A stretch of DNA of 64,000 nucleotides from Candidatus Enterousia sp. Its GTDB lineage: Bacteria > Pseudomonadota > Alphaproteobacteria > Rs-D84. The stretch covers positions 17,461-81,460 of the forward strand of contig JAZNBN010000012.1 of the NCBI GenBank assembly GCA_045587125.1. Reading direction: 5' to 3'. The notes under the pieces were generated by a model. The model had not been told where the DNA came from, searched no databases, and saw only the letters and a list, made by a program, of their open reading frames with translations. Each line of letters begins with the position of its first letter. Positions within the stretch are counted from its first letter, which is position 1. The position numbers and the translations under genes are program-made. Positions 10,707-20,273 of the stretch are shown here, in pieces.

Positions 10707-11899
10707 AAATACTGTCTGTTCTAAATATTTCTAATAAAGAAAATATAACCTGTGATTCTGGTTATATTTTTCAAGCTATACTTGCAGAAGAGTTTAACAA
10801 AAAGGGGCACGAATATATTGTTGCAGGCTCTAATTGTAAGCAATTTAGAAAAGTAAAAATTCCATACACCAAAAAGGTCTATTTACCATTGGGGACAAAT
10901 AAATATAGTGCCAGATTTGATTTTGATTCTAGGTATTTTTATAAACTGCTAGACAAAATAAAACCGGATATTATTTTTAATACCCAAGCAGAATTGACAC
11001 CCGCTATAAAATCTGTACTGGCATGGAATAAATTAAATATACCTGTGGTAACCTATTGTCATTATCCCGCATTATGGGCCAATAAACCGAATTCATCAAT
11101 CCCGGAATTAGACCAAAGTTTAAATTCCGAAAATTTGTGTACGCCTATTTTAATGAACATACTAAGTGCCCTACAAATATCTGATGTATTTATAATACAA
11201 AGCAAGTTTGCCAAAAAACTATTAGAAAAGGCGGCAAAATTTCACAATATAAAATATAAAAAAAATAGATTTTTTGTTATCGCACCACCAGCAGACGAAA
11301 AGTTCTTGGAATATATATACACAAATGAGCCTGATAGAAATTTTGTATACAACCACAGATTGTATAAGACATACGGAACAGAAAAATTTATAACTATATT
11401 CAAAAAGCTGAACAAGAAATATGGTGTTAATTGCTCTGTTCTAGACCCTATGCAAAAACGTTCTAAACAACGTTCCGCACACAACAATACCCCGGCTGAA
11501 TATTTACAACAAATGGCTCAAACGCAGGGATTCATTGTTGAGAGAAACAATAGGGACAGAAATGAATACAAGCGAATTTTATCAAAATCTCTTGCAGGTT
11601 TTGCTCCATTAAGACCGGCCTGCGTTTGGTCTATGGCCGCAATGGATTGTATGGGACTGGGAATTCCTGTAATTGCGCCAAATATGGCCGCGTTTCCTGA
11701 ATTTATACCACAAAAACTGCTGTATAAAAATCAATCAGAATTAGAAAATATTGTTAAAAACATAATTGAAGACAGCTCTTTCAGACAATCGATGTCTAGA
11801 GAATGCTTTAATATAGCAAAGAAATATTCTGCTAAAAACATTGCAGGCAAATTAGAAAGTGTTTTCAAACAAGTATTGGATAAAACATGTATGGAATAA
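10703..11899 (+). CDS. GT-B fold glycosyltransferase (GT4-like)
   Basis: Size and C-terminal pattern (AMDCMGLGIPVIAPN...PEFI). Overlaps the upstream gene by 4 nt. Confidence 0.6.
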   Translation: MKILSVLNISNKENITCDSGYIFQAILAEEFNKKGHEYIVAGSNCKQFRKVKIPYTKKVYLPLGTNKYSARFDFDSRYFYKLLDKIKPDIIFNTQAELTPAIKSVLAWNKLNIPVVTYCHYPALWANKPNSSIPELDQSLNSENLCTPILMNILSALQISDVFIIQSKFAKKLLEKAAKFHNIKYKKNRFFVIAPPADEKFLEYIYTNEPDRNFVYNHRLYKTYGTEKFITIFKKLNKKYGVNCSVLDPMQKRSKQRSAHNNTPAEYLQQMAQTQGFIVERNNRDRNEYKRILSKSLAGFAPLRPACVWSMAAMDCMGLGIPVIAPNMAAFPEFIPQKLLYKNQSELENIVKNIIEDSSFRQSMSRECFNIAKKYSAKNIAGKLESVFKQVLDKTCME

Positions 11900-13524
11900 C
11901 AGGAATTGTCGGAAACGATAAAAAATATTTAACAAAATCTATAAAGAAAATTTCTAGGCGGGGGCGCGCTTATGTTGTTCAGAATTTATCAGCAGATAAG
12001 TATGTCACATTATCATTCAACAAAACAAACAGAACCCCACAACCTGTTCATTTCTTTATAGATGAGTGTTCTGGGGATTTTTGCCTGTTTTACGGTATAT
12101 TATACGATAAAAGTACAATTTATAAGTTGTTGGGAACAAGCGCAATATCAGATGATGCCGAACTTATTATGAAATTGTACAAAAAAATGGGTTCTAAATT
12201 TATAAAATCCCTTGATGGCAGTTTTGTGATTATTCTTGGAACCAAAGGTAAGTTATCGCTAATTTCAGATTATTTTGGCACGAAAAACCTATATTATTCC
12301 GAAACACCCAATGATTACTTCGTTTTTTCTTCTTCATTACAATCAATATTACGCTATGTAAAAAAATCCAAGATTTCAGAACAGGCGTTGACCAGTTATT
12401 TACAATACCGTTTTGTTGCTCATCCTCTAACAATATTTGAAAATATATATAAGATATCGCCAAAACAAATAATCCAAATTGGCGACAAAATAATAAAAAA
12501 GCAATACACAAAGGATGTTGTGTCATCAAAATCTTTGAAAGATTGGGCACAGATTGTAGCAGACTGTCATTCTGATAAAACTGGATTGTTGTTAAGTGGC
12601 GGATTAGATTCGAGTATATTAGCATCATTAACAAAACCAGTAAAAGCGTTTACAATTTCTTACGAAACACGACACTCAGATATGGATTTATCTTGTGCAA
12701 AACTGGTTGCAGCAAAATTTAACCATAAACATAACGTTGTTAAAATGAAATGTCGTGATATTTTGTCTGCTTTGAATAGTTCTATCTGTCAACTTGAAGA
12801 ACCGATATATTCCACTATTTCTGCCAGTAGCAACTTTTTAGCAAATAAAGCAAAAAAATCAGTAAGCACAATGATTACTGGCGATGGTGCGGATGAGCTG
12901 TTCATAGGATACAACTATATAAGAACAGCCCTAAACAGTAAAAATAACGAGATAGAAGAATACAAAAAGCAAATTTCATGGTGTGACAAAAAGTTATACC
13001 AAACCCTTTTTGTGAAAAATATTCAGCAGATTGATTTGATTAAGAAAACAAATACTGCACTGGACACAATAATGAACTTTGAGCAAAATTATCGCTTGCC
13101 AAATTATCACTTGTTTAGATTGGAAAAGATAATGGCTGCCAACAATATCATTGCGTGCACACCTTTTTTGTCGGAACAAATGTTAAATTATGTGTCTGCT
13201 TTTACAAATAAAACATTGTATACAACTCCGCCAAAAAAACATCTTAGCCAACCATTTGTTGATGTTTTACCTATGGATGTTATTACCAGACAAAAGCAAC
13301 CATTTCCTGCCCCGTTTATCGTATGGATTGATACATGCTTGCGTAAAGATATAATCAAGACTTTTTCTAATAAAAAACTAACCTGCAAAATAGGGATAAA
13401 TTGTGGTAATCTACTGAATTTAGCATACAAACAAGACAAACAATATCATGATTATACAACAATTTGGGGGGTTTACATGTTGTTAAAATGGTTGAAACGA
13501 TTTAAAAGATATATTGCACAATAA
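11887..13524 (+). CDS. Asparagine synthetase B-like amidotransferase with Tyr in place of the N-terminal nucleophile Cys
   Basis: Starts MYGITGIVG where the family consensus is MCGI. PP-loop LLLSGGLDSS is present. An in-frame stop lies two codons upstream of the ATG (TAA at 11881-11883). Confidence 0.7.
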   Translation: MYGITGIVGNDKKYLTKSIKKISRRGRAYVVQNLSADKYVTLSFNKTNRTPQPVHFFIDECSGDFCLFYGILYDKSTIYKLLGTSAISDDAELIMKLYKKMGSKFIKSLDGSFVIILGTKGKLSLISDYFGTKNLYYSETPNDYFVFSSSLQSILRYVKKSKISEQALTSYLQYRFVAHPLTIFENIYKISPKQIIQIGDKIIKKQYTKDVVSSKSLKDWAQIVADCHSDKTGLLLSGGLDSSILASLTKPVKAFTISYETRHSDMDLSCAKLVAAKFNHKHNVVKMKCRDILSALNSSICQLEEPIYSTISASSNFLANKAKKSVSTMITGDGADELFIGYNYIRTALNSKNNEIEEYKKQISWCDKKLYQTLFVKNIQQIDLIKKTNTALDTIMNFEQNYRLPNYHLFRLEKIMAANNIIACTPFLSEQMLNYVSAFTNKTLYTTPPKKHLSQPFVDVLPMDVITRQKQPFPAPFIVWIDTCLRKDIIKTFSNKKLTCKIGINCGNLLNLAYKQDKQYHDYTTIWGVYMLLKWLKRFKRYIAQ

Positions 13525-13714
13525 CAATTTCCTTATTTTAGCATTAAAAATACATATTTGCCCCAACACCCCAGGTTTCCTTATCATATGAGTTTTCAAG
13601 TAAAATATTTTTAATTTTGGCGATTTTTACAAAGATCACATTTGAAAAAAATTCCTTTCACGTTATTAATTAGTTACAAGGAATCTAAACCTGTCATAAC
13701 TGCAAAGGCGGGAA

Positions 13715-14230
13715 TTGGTTCGCGTTATAATTGAACGAACAACTTATTCGCAAGAACGACCGATACTCTGTATCAATATCAACCCACAGTTGTATAATTC
13801 GTTTTTATCTGCATATCATATCAATCACAATAGCCGTCCAATGGAATATACGGTAAATGGTGATAATGTGACGATTGTGCGACCGGTTGTACTGCGCCGA
13901 TATGCCAACACCAGATTTAGAGGTGGACACAATGGCACGCTGAGCATTACAGAAAACAACCACCTGATATTGAAGGCGTTCGCCACCGCGTGGCGATATA
14001 GGGAAATGTATGAACGAGGTGGGGATGTAGATTCAATTGGCCGAGCCGAACATGTCGCCCTGCGCCATATTTATAAACACCTGTCGCTGGCATATCTGAA
14101 CCCAGAAGTCGTAAATCATATATTGAGTAATCAATGTCATATATCTGTTCGTGATATGTTGGACAAGGCATCACGCAGCAATAACTTTACCGAACAGAAA
14201 AAGTTATTTGATTTTCAGCAACATTTATAA
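13715..14230 (+). pseudogene. C-terminal remnant of a serine recombinase (catalytic domain missing)
   Basis: The tail LSLAYLNPEVVNHILSNQCHISVRDML...FTEQKKLF resembles the conserved tail (LAPDIVEAIL..QP..L....W.EQ) of alphaproteobacterial resolvase-family proteins. No resolvase N-domain is present. Confidence 0.45.
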
Positions 14231-14394
14231 TATAATATGCACATGCCTGTTGGAAGGCTATCTCATCCGTGTAAAGATCTCATCATCCAACAAATAACAT
14301 AAACCTTTAACCTGGGTTTTATTGTCTAAACTACAGATTACGGATGCCTATTTTCTAGATAATAATCCCCATAAAAACAATAAAGGAGTATGTT

Positions 14395-15075
14395 ATGACA
14401 CATATTGAATATTTTAAATTACAAGCTAAAAATCTGTTAAAAGACTATCAGACGCGTCACTTGTCAGAAGCAGGCGACATTTACGAGTACGAACCAAAGT
14501 TTTTTGATATCGTTGGTATATTCCTGGAATATGGGATAATGGACGACGTTCCAAACTTTGAATTTAAGTTAGGCAACGCACAGCACCTGATCGCCCAAAT
14601 AGCTGGCTTTGATAAATGGGCAGAGCTTATAGGTGCCGCAGAAGAAGAACAGGCCGAAGCGCATCATTTTCTGGAAACTTATAAATATAACGAATACGGT
14701 TCCACTGGATTTATATCGCACAATTTTACACTGGACGGTCGTGATGTGACAGAATTTTCTCATGAACCAAAAGGAAGTGATGTCCCCTATCATGAAGAAC
14801 TATCTGGAGAGGATTGGCAAGATGGTATTGATGAATGCTTAAAACATGGTATGGGATTTGATCCAGACACGCTGGTGGAGTGCATACATTGTGGCAAACA
14901 GTTCGCATTCAAAGAAGTCAAGGTCAGATGCCTAAAACCAGAATATAACTATGGTCAAGTGGATGATTTTAAGGAAATTATGTGCAAACACTACCCTAAT
15001 TGTGATGGTAACTTGATTGATTTGATGCCCGTAGAAATACAGAACGACAATGGGGGTGATGAAGATGAAAAATAA
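14395..15075 (+). CDS. Hypothetical acidic protein with C-terminal CxxC...C..C cluster
   Basis: Good SD (AAAGGAG) before the ATG. No family recognised. Confidence 0.55.
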   Translation: MTHIEYFKLQAKNLLKDYQTRHLSEAGDIYEYEPKFFDIVGIFLEYGIMDDVPNFEFKLGNAQHLIAQIAGFDKWAELIGAAEEEQAEAHHFLETYKYNEYGSTGFISHNFTLDGRDVTEFSHEPKGSDVPYHEELSGEDWQDGIDECLKHGMGFDPDTLVECIHCGKQFAFKEVKVRCLKPEYNYGQVDDFKEIMCKHYPNCDGNLIDLMPVEIQNDNGGDEDEK

Positions 15076-15358
15076 ACATTTCTCATATCCTCGCAATCAA
15101 ACAAAATCATACACAAATACCAATGGATATAGAGTGTATAAAGATACGGGTACATTGGTTCATCGACATATGGCAGAGTTGAAACTTGGGAGACCTTTAA
15201 AATCTGGTGAAGTTGTACATCATATAAACAGAAATAAACAAGATAACAGACCGTCAAACCTGTTTATATTCCCCAACCAGCAAGCACACTGGAACGCCCA
15301 CAAACAAGACGCAAGAGACTTTGGCACTGATTATAGTTTTAGAGGTAAGAAAAACTAA
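15065..15358 (+). CDS. HNH endonuclease (homing-type, HNH_3-like)
   Basis: VHRHMAE..LGRPLKSGEVVHHINRNKQDNRPSNL...H.NAH. Start chosen at the internal MKNKHF, which overlaps the upstream stop. Confidence 0.7.
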   Translation: MKNKHFSYPRNQTKSYTNTNGYRVYKDTGTLVHRHMAELKLGRPLKSGEVVHHINRNKQDNRPSNLFIFPNQQAHWNAHKQDARDFGTDYSFRGKKN

Positions 15359-15482
15359 AATTGCCACGGTGGTTTTGGGGATTGTATGTAAACAGTGATA
15401 AAATTGGGTTATTTTGGGTTTTAATTATACATACTGGTAACTTCGTGGTGTAAAAGTGGTGGAAGTCCGCCTAAAAACAAAG

Positions 15483-15503
15483 CCCCGACAGATTTTGTCG
15501 GGG
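15483..15503 (+). terminator. Hairpin CCCCGAC-N7-GTCGGGG followed by a T-rich tail
   Basis: Perfect 7-bp stem downstream of the HNH gene. Confidence 0.5.
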
Positions 15504-15512
15504 GTTTGATTA

Positions 15513-15529
15513 TTCCTGGCGGAGACGAA
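15513..15529. repeat. 17-nt direct repeat of the tRNA-Ser 3' end (att-like)
   Basis: TTCCTGGCGGAGACGAA occurs at 15513-15529 and again at 15703-15719. The second copy spans the last 13 nt of tRNA-Ser plus 4 flanking nt. Confidence 0.7.
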
Positions 15530-15670
15530 TTCCTATCCTCGATACACGACAATTAAAATCTACAAAAATCTTGTCCCTACGATTTTTGTGATTTTTCTAA
15601 TCATGTATTCTCGTATTCGCCATGCGCTATGCTCTGGCGCATCCCTTCATCTTTGCCAGGTTAAAATCAA

Positions 15671-15690
15671 AACCACCCAAACGGGCGGTT
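15671..15690. terminator. Palindromic hairpin AACCACCC-AAAC-GGGCGGTT (member of a repeated terminator family)
   Basis: The identical 20-mer recurs at 55357-55376. Confidence 0.6.
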
Positions 15691-15706
15691 TAAGATTTTA
15701 ATTTCC

Positions 15707-15797
15707 TGGCGGAGACGAAGGGATTCGAACCCTTGATACGGTTGCCCGTATACCACATTTCCAATGTGGCGCACTAGACCAACTATGCGACGTCTCC
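15707..15797 (-). tRNA. tRNA-Ser (anticodon GGA), CCA encoded
   Basis: Hand-folded cloverleaf: acceptor GGAGACG/CGTCTCC, anticodon loop TTGGAAA, long variable arm, T-arm AAGGG-TTCGAAT-CCCTT, discriminator G. Confidence 0.9.
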
Positions 15798-15805
15798 GTA
15801 TCCGA

Positions 15806-16192
15806 TTATTCTTCTTCTGCTGATTCTTCGAATTCTTCAACAACTTCTTCGGCAGTTTCAGGTGCAATTTCGTCAGATGCCAATGAAGCCTCTAATTCTG
15901 CATCAATTTCACGCAATGCAGGATCTTCACTACCAATTTCTAATGATTCTTCACCGTCCAACGCAACAGGTGTTTCCTTGTAAGATTGAACGAATTCGTG
16001 ACGTACCGCATTAACGTCCAATTTGCCACTGGCAATTTCACGCAGGGCCACAACCGTTAATTTATCGCCACCCTTTTCAACCACAGGTTCCGCACCACCG
16101 TTCAGGTCACGAACGCGTTGAGATGCCAACATCCCCAGTTCATAACGGCTTTCTACGTATGGTAATGTATCAGAATTTGTTGTACGTGCCAT
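15806..16192 (-). CDS. rpoZ: DNA-directed RNA polymerase omega subunit
   Basis: VESRYELGMLASQRVRDL...KLTVVALREIASGKL core with an acidic tail. Confidence 0.85.
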   Translation of the reverse strand: MARTTNSDTLPYVESRYELGMLASQRVRDLNGGAEPVVEKGGDKLTVVALREIASGKLDVNAVRHEFVQSYKETPVALDGEESLEIGSEDPALREIDAELEASLASDEIAPETAEEVVEEFEESAEEE

Positions 16193-16372
16193 TTTAAATC
16201 CTTTGTTGAAATAATTTTCGTCAGATTATAATGCCCCATGACCGGCAAAAAAGCAAGCAGAAAAATTTTAAACCGTCAAAAAACTATCTTTATGAATATT
16301 CCTACACGACAATTGACAAACTTTTATTTGTGCGTTATGCTAGATTTCGCAAAAAACAAAAGGACGATTTTA

Positions 16373-16816
16373 ATGTTTAAGTTTAATTTTACAAATGGTA
16401 AAGCAGATAAAGTAGCAATAGTTTTGTTTATAGCTTTTGTTATGTGGTATTATGACTTTTTTAATAAACCAGATTTAGAAAATTTTAACCTGAAAGAACA
16501 GTTACCTGCACCACAAAATGAAATTGTCGTGCGTAACCGTGATATTGCAGACGCTATTAAACATCAGCAGAAAATATCCGCAGACTTTAACCGTATGTAC
16601 AATGAATTAAAAGGTTGGAAAAAGATAACATGGCCAAGCCAACCTGTGGATAGCGCCAGTTGGTTCAGAAAAATACACCCTTCCCCACCGTATCTATATG
16701 CACCTAGTATGCGCCATTATCAAAAATTCATCAAAAACTATGAAAAAGATCTGCGCAAAGAAGCGGAACAACTTGCAAAAATAAAATATGCCCATTATCA
16801 TGACAAACAAAAATAA
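16373..16816 (+). CDS. Hypothetical membrane-anchored protein
   Basis: Start chosen at the internal ATG after AAAGGA. One N-terminal TM segment (VAIVLFIAFVMWYY). Confidence 0.5.
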   Translation: MFKFNFTNGKADKVAIVLFIAFVMWYYDFFNKPDLENFNLKEQLPAPQNEIVVRNRDIADAIKHQQKISADFNRMYNELKGWKKITWPSQPVDSASWFRKIHPSPPYLYAPSMRHYQKFIKNYEKDLRKEAEQLAKIKYAHYHDKQK

Positions 16817-16843
16817 ACACGCCCCCGGCATGGGGGTGTTTTT
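16817..16843 (+). terminator. Rho-independent terminator
   Basis: ACACGCCCCC-GGCA-TGGGGGTGT followed by TTTT. Confidence 0.65.
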
Positions 16844-16884
16844 ATGTGGTTGAAAATGTTAAAACACAGGCTATAATTCATATT

Positions 16885-18117
16885 ATGAATAATAAAAATA
16901 TTAAATCTGTTTCGTTTGGCTGCAGGTTGAACGCACTGGAATCTGAAAAGATTCAAAAAATGCTGAGCAATCACATAAATTCGGCAATTGTTGTTAATAC
17001 CTGTGCCGTCACGGCCGAGGCTGAACGTCAATCCGGTCAGGCCGTACGCAAAATCGCACGCGAAAATCCAGGTGTTCAAATCTTTGTGACCGGGTGTGCA
17101 GCAACTCGCAATCCTGAATTATTCCGCAACATTCCGAAGTGCACCGTTATTCATAATGCAGATAAAATGAATATTGATTATTATTTGTCTGGCAAGATTA
17201 CCCTGCCCTATACGGAAATTAAAAATATTCAAAACACAGATTCCAAACTGTCCAAGAAATTTATTCAAATTCAAAATGGTTGCAACCATGCGTGTACATA
17301 CTGTATCACACGCGTGTTGCGAGGACCGGCAATGTCTTTTGAATACGAAAACATTCTGCAAGATATCAAAGATGCCGTGTCAGACGGATTTTATGAAATC
17401 GTGCTGACCGGCGTTGATATTGCATCTTATGTTCAACGCGATAGCGATAAAGTTGTTTTGCTGTCTGATTTATGCAAAAAATTGTTGTCAGACGTGCCTG
17501 AAATTCAAAGGCTGCGTCTGTCTTCACTGGACCCGGCCGTCCCAGACATACAAAACATTATAGATTTGATATTACAAGAGCCTCGTATGATGCCACACAT
17601 TCATTTTTCTATGCAATCAGGGTCGGATACGATTTTAAAACAAATGGGACGCAGGCATAATGCAAACATGGTCAGAAATCTGGTGCAACGTGCCAATAAT
17701 AAAATCAGTTTCAGTTGGGATATAATTTGCGGTTTTCCAGGCGAAACAGACACGCTGTTTAACGAAACACTAAATCTGGTTCATGAATTAAAACCAATAA
17801 AAATTCACGCCTTCCCATTTTCACCACGACCCGACACGCCAGCGGCAAGCATGCCAAATCAGGTTAATCGTGCCGTATCAAAACAACGCGTAAAAATTAT
17901 AAATGATGCTACGAATCAAAATAAAACTGATTTCATGTGCACACAGATTGGAAAAACAGTATCTGTATTGGTTGAAGAAAACAATATTGCACGTTGCCCA
18001 CACGATATAGCCGTAAAAATCAGTGGAGAACCAATAAAATCCAAAACAATTTGCAACGTTCAATTGCTGGACATATGCGGTGACGGGTTTGTTGGCCAAA
18101 TTACTCTTGACAAATAA
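16885..18117 (+). CDS. mtaB: MiaB/MtaB-family radical SAM methylthiotransferase
   Basis: N-terminal SFGCRLNALESE, radical SAM CNHACTYC, and a TRAM-like C-terminus. Confidence 0.75.
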   Translation: MNNKNIKSVSFGCRLNALESEKIQKMLSNHINSAIVVNTCAVTAEAERQSGQAVRKIARENPGVQIFVTGCAATRNPELFRNIPKCTVIHNADKMNIDYYLSGKITLPYTEIKNIQNTDSKLSKKFIQIQNGCNHACTYCITRVLRGPAMSFEYENILQDIKDAVSDGFYEIVLTGVDIASYVQRDSDKVVLLSDLCKKLLSDVPEIQRLRLSSLDPAVPDIQNIIDLILQEPRMMPHIHFSMQSGSDTILKQMGRRHNANMVRNLVQRANNKISFSWDIICGFPGETDTLFNETLNLVHELKPIKIHAFPFSPRPDTPAASMPNQVNRAVSKQRVKIINDATNQNKTDFMCTQIGKTVSVLVEENNIARCPHDIAVKISGEPIKSKTICNVQLLDICGDGFVGQITLDK

Positions 18118-18155
18118 ACAATTTGTTATAACATGTATATAAAAGGATAAAAGAT

Positions 18156-18365
18156 ATGCAAGAAGAAAATAATATTTTAGATAGAGATTCCAAAGTTGTT
18201 ATTGCTGTATTTATCGCGACTTTTTTAGCGGTTGGTATCGCCGTAACAACCAGACCCAATCAACAGAACGAAGAAACAATTAAACAAGAAGAAATAATAA
18301 AACAAAAAGCCGACAGCATGCCACAAAAAGCCAAGGCTATAAACTTCTTTCAAAAAACAAAATAA
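18156..18365 (+). CDS. Small membrane protein
   Basis: AAAGGA SD and one TM segment (VVIAVFIATFLAVGIAV). A terminator follows. Confidence 0.5.
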   Translation: MQEENNILDRDSKVVIAVFIATFLAVGIAVTTRPNQQNEETIKQEEIIKQKADSMPQKAKAINFFQKTK

Positions 18366-18370
18366 AAAGA

Positions 18371-18392
18371 ATGCCCGAATGGGCGTTTTTTT
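18371..18392 (+). terminator. Rho-independent terminator
   Basis: ATGCCC-GAAT-GGGCGT plus a T7 run. Confidence 0.65.
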
Positions 18393-18662
18393 ATGCCGCA
18401 AGGTTTTGTTATTACACCTGAATGTCTATCTTGTACAAACCAACAAAAACACTTTGCAGCAAATAACGCAGCCGCAACGGAACCAAAAGATTCACCAAAT
18501 TATCAGGCGAAACAGGATTATTCTGATAAATTATTACGCGAATATTTTCAAATGGTATCCGCCGCTAATAAATGCAATGATGAAAAAATCAAAAAAAGAG
18601 AAACTTTGGATAATTTACAACAACAATTCTATTCACAGCGCCAACATCAACGACAACATTAA
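18393..18662 (+). CDS. Hypothetical Gln-rich small protein
   Basis: ORF only, with no clear SD. It competes with the overlapping ORF 18379-18759. Confidence 0.3.
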   Translation: MPQGFVITPECLSCTNQQKHFAANNAAATEPKDSPNYQAKQDYSDKLLREYFQMVSAANKCNDEKIKKRETLDNLQQQFYSQRQHQRQH

Positions 18663-18736
18663 AACAAAACGACTTTTTAGGTGCAACATTCTATCAACGA
18701 TTGAATACGTTGCATACCACATTGTATGTCACGATT

Positions 18737-19714
18737 TTAATTATGCCTGTTATTTGTGACTGCACCTCTGGACGAACCTGTCCGTATTCTCTTAGGGCTA
18801 TCGATGTTCGGTCTTGTATTGTTTACAGGTTGGGAAATTGCTGATCTTTCTATTTTTTTATTTATTGCTGATCGTGTGGCTGCTCTACGGTTCGGAATTG
18901 CACTTCTATCAGTAAAAATTGATGGCAAAGAACCAAATTCAATATTTTTATTATTGTCCTTGGAATTTAAATCCGTTTTTGTTTCTGTCTGTGTTGTATC
19001 TTGTGGCGCTATTGTGTTTATTTGAACAGATAACTTTTCTGTATTCACAGCATTTGTTTGTGCCTCAGAATTTACATGTATCTTTTTGTTATACGGAATT
19101 CTTTGATTAATTTTATTATTAGACTGTTTTAATATATTCTGCAGATTTGATACTGCTACCTGCGCCTGATCCATGGCAGACTGTAAATTTGTAAGTATCG
19201 CATTAACAGAATCAGTATCATAATTACCATCGTACTCGGGTGTCTCATCAGTTGGTGCTTTATAGTATTCTTTTTGCCAATTACTGTTATTCCTATAACA
19301 TTGAAACACAGAACTTGCCCCACTATCAGAAGAAGGGTACGTCCCAGGACACGCAAAAACATTTTTGATAGCATTTGTGGATGAATGATGTGTAACTTCG
19401 CCATTTTTTATCGTATAAAACCCGAACCACGTAGACACCCATACTTCATCATAATCTGTCGCAACATACATACAATCACTATCTGGGGTTCCATCGTCAC
19501 ACAATCCTTCTTCTTGCCACGCACCCCACCCAGGAGCAACTAATTCAGAAGGTGCTATTTGATAACCTTGAATATCATGACTATAAGTATCACCAGGAGT
19601 ATATTTCCCGTTATTCGTGCAAAACAATCCAGCAGGACACGTTTTTTGTGTGGCAGCAAATGCCTTATATATACACAGCAAAAACATTGTAATAAACACA
19701 GAAACTTTTTTCAT
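18737..19714 (-). CDS. Secreted Cys-rich protein with a low-complexity basic tail
   Basis: Signal peptide MKKVSVFITMFLLCIYKAFA, then TCPAGLFCTNNGKYTPGD. Similar in style to the ORF at 1-348. Confidence 0.65.
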   Translation of the reverse strand: MKKVSVFITMFLLCIYKAFAATQKTCPAGLFCTNNGKYTPGDTYSHDIQGYQIAPSELVAPGWGAWQEEGLCDDGTPDSDCMYVATDYDEVWVSTWFGFYTIKNGEVTHHSSTNAIKNVFACPGTYPSSDSGASSVFQCYRNNSNWQKEYYKAPTDETPEYDGNYDTDSVNAILTNLQSAMDQAQVAVSNLQNILKQSNNKINQRIPYNKKIHVNSEAQTNAVNTEKLSVQINTIAPQDTTQTETKTDLNSKDNNKNIEFGSLPSIFTDRSAIPNRRAATRSAINKKIERSAISQPVNNTRPNIDSPKRIRTGSSRGAVTNNRHN

Positions 19715-19868
19715 ATTATATACCCCATATTTTTACAAATATATTATTAAAAATGCCACCAGCATTCTGCACCGACTATATTAGGTTTATAACATCCCCG
19801 ACCCCATATACCCCTATGGATTTATTTCATAGTATATCACTAAAATCCAGAAATGTAAATAGGATATG

Positions 19869-20273
19869 TTATTTTTGATGTTCTAAACCAAATTCTCTTA
19901 ACAAAGGCAATATTATATCCTGTAGATGCGGATAATATTTTTGCATTGTATCATGTGCATCTAATGGTTTATCTGATTTGGTCAGTCTGGCACATTCCCA
20001 ATCAATTATCATTTCTATATAATCCTGACGGGTTCGTTTTTTGGTGCACTCAACATGGTGTCTGTTGTTTTTTCTGTGGATAGACTGTACCCATTTTTTA
20101 TTACGTCCCACAATCATCGCAATCGGATATAACCATAATAATTTATCTATATCATGCATAAAACCACGCCATGTGTTTCGCCCTAATAATTTGCGTTCAA
20201 CCCGCAAAAACGCACGTTTATGTTCCAAAGTATACTGTTCATAATGGACAAATTCAGAATATTTCATTGCCAC
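19869..20273 (-). CDS. Small His-rich HD-like protein (recalled as DUF5662-like)
   Basis: Motifs FMHDIDKLLW and NNRHH. Overlaps the upstream gene by 10 nt. Confidence 0.5.
   Translation of the reverse strand: MAMKYSEFVHYEQYTLEHKRAFLRVERKLLGRNTWRGFMHDIDKLLWLYPIAMIVGRNKKWVQSIHRKNNRHHVECTKKRTRQDYIEMIIDWECARLTKSDKPLDAHDTMQKYYPHLQDIILPLLREFGLEHQK

Noticed and set aside
18379-18759. 126-aa plus-strand ORF
   Set aside because: It overlaps the alternative 89-aa ORF and the 3' end of the convergent gene 18737-19714. It starts inside a terminator hairpin, and its sequence is low-complexity.
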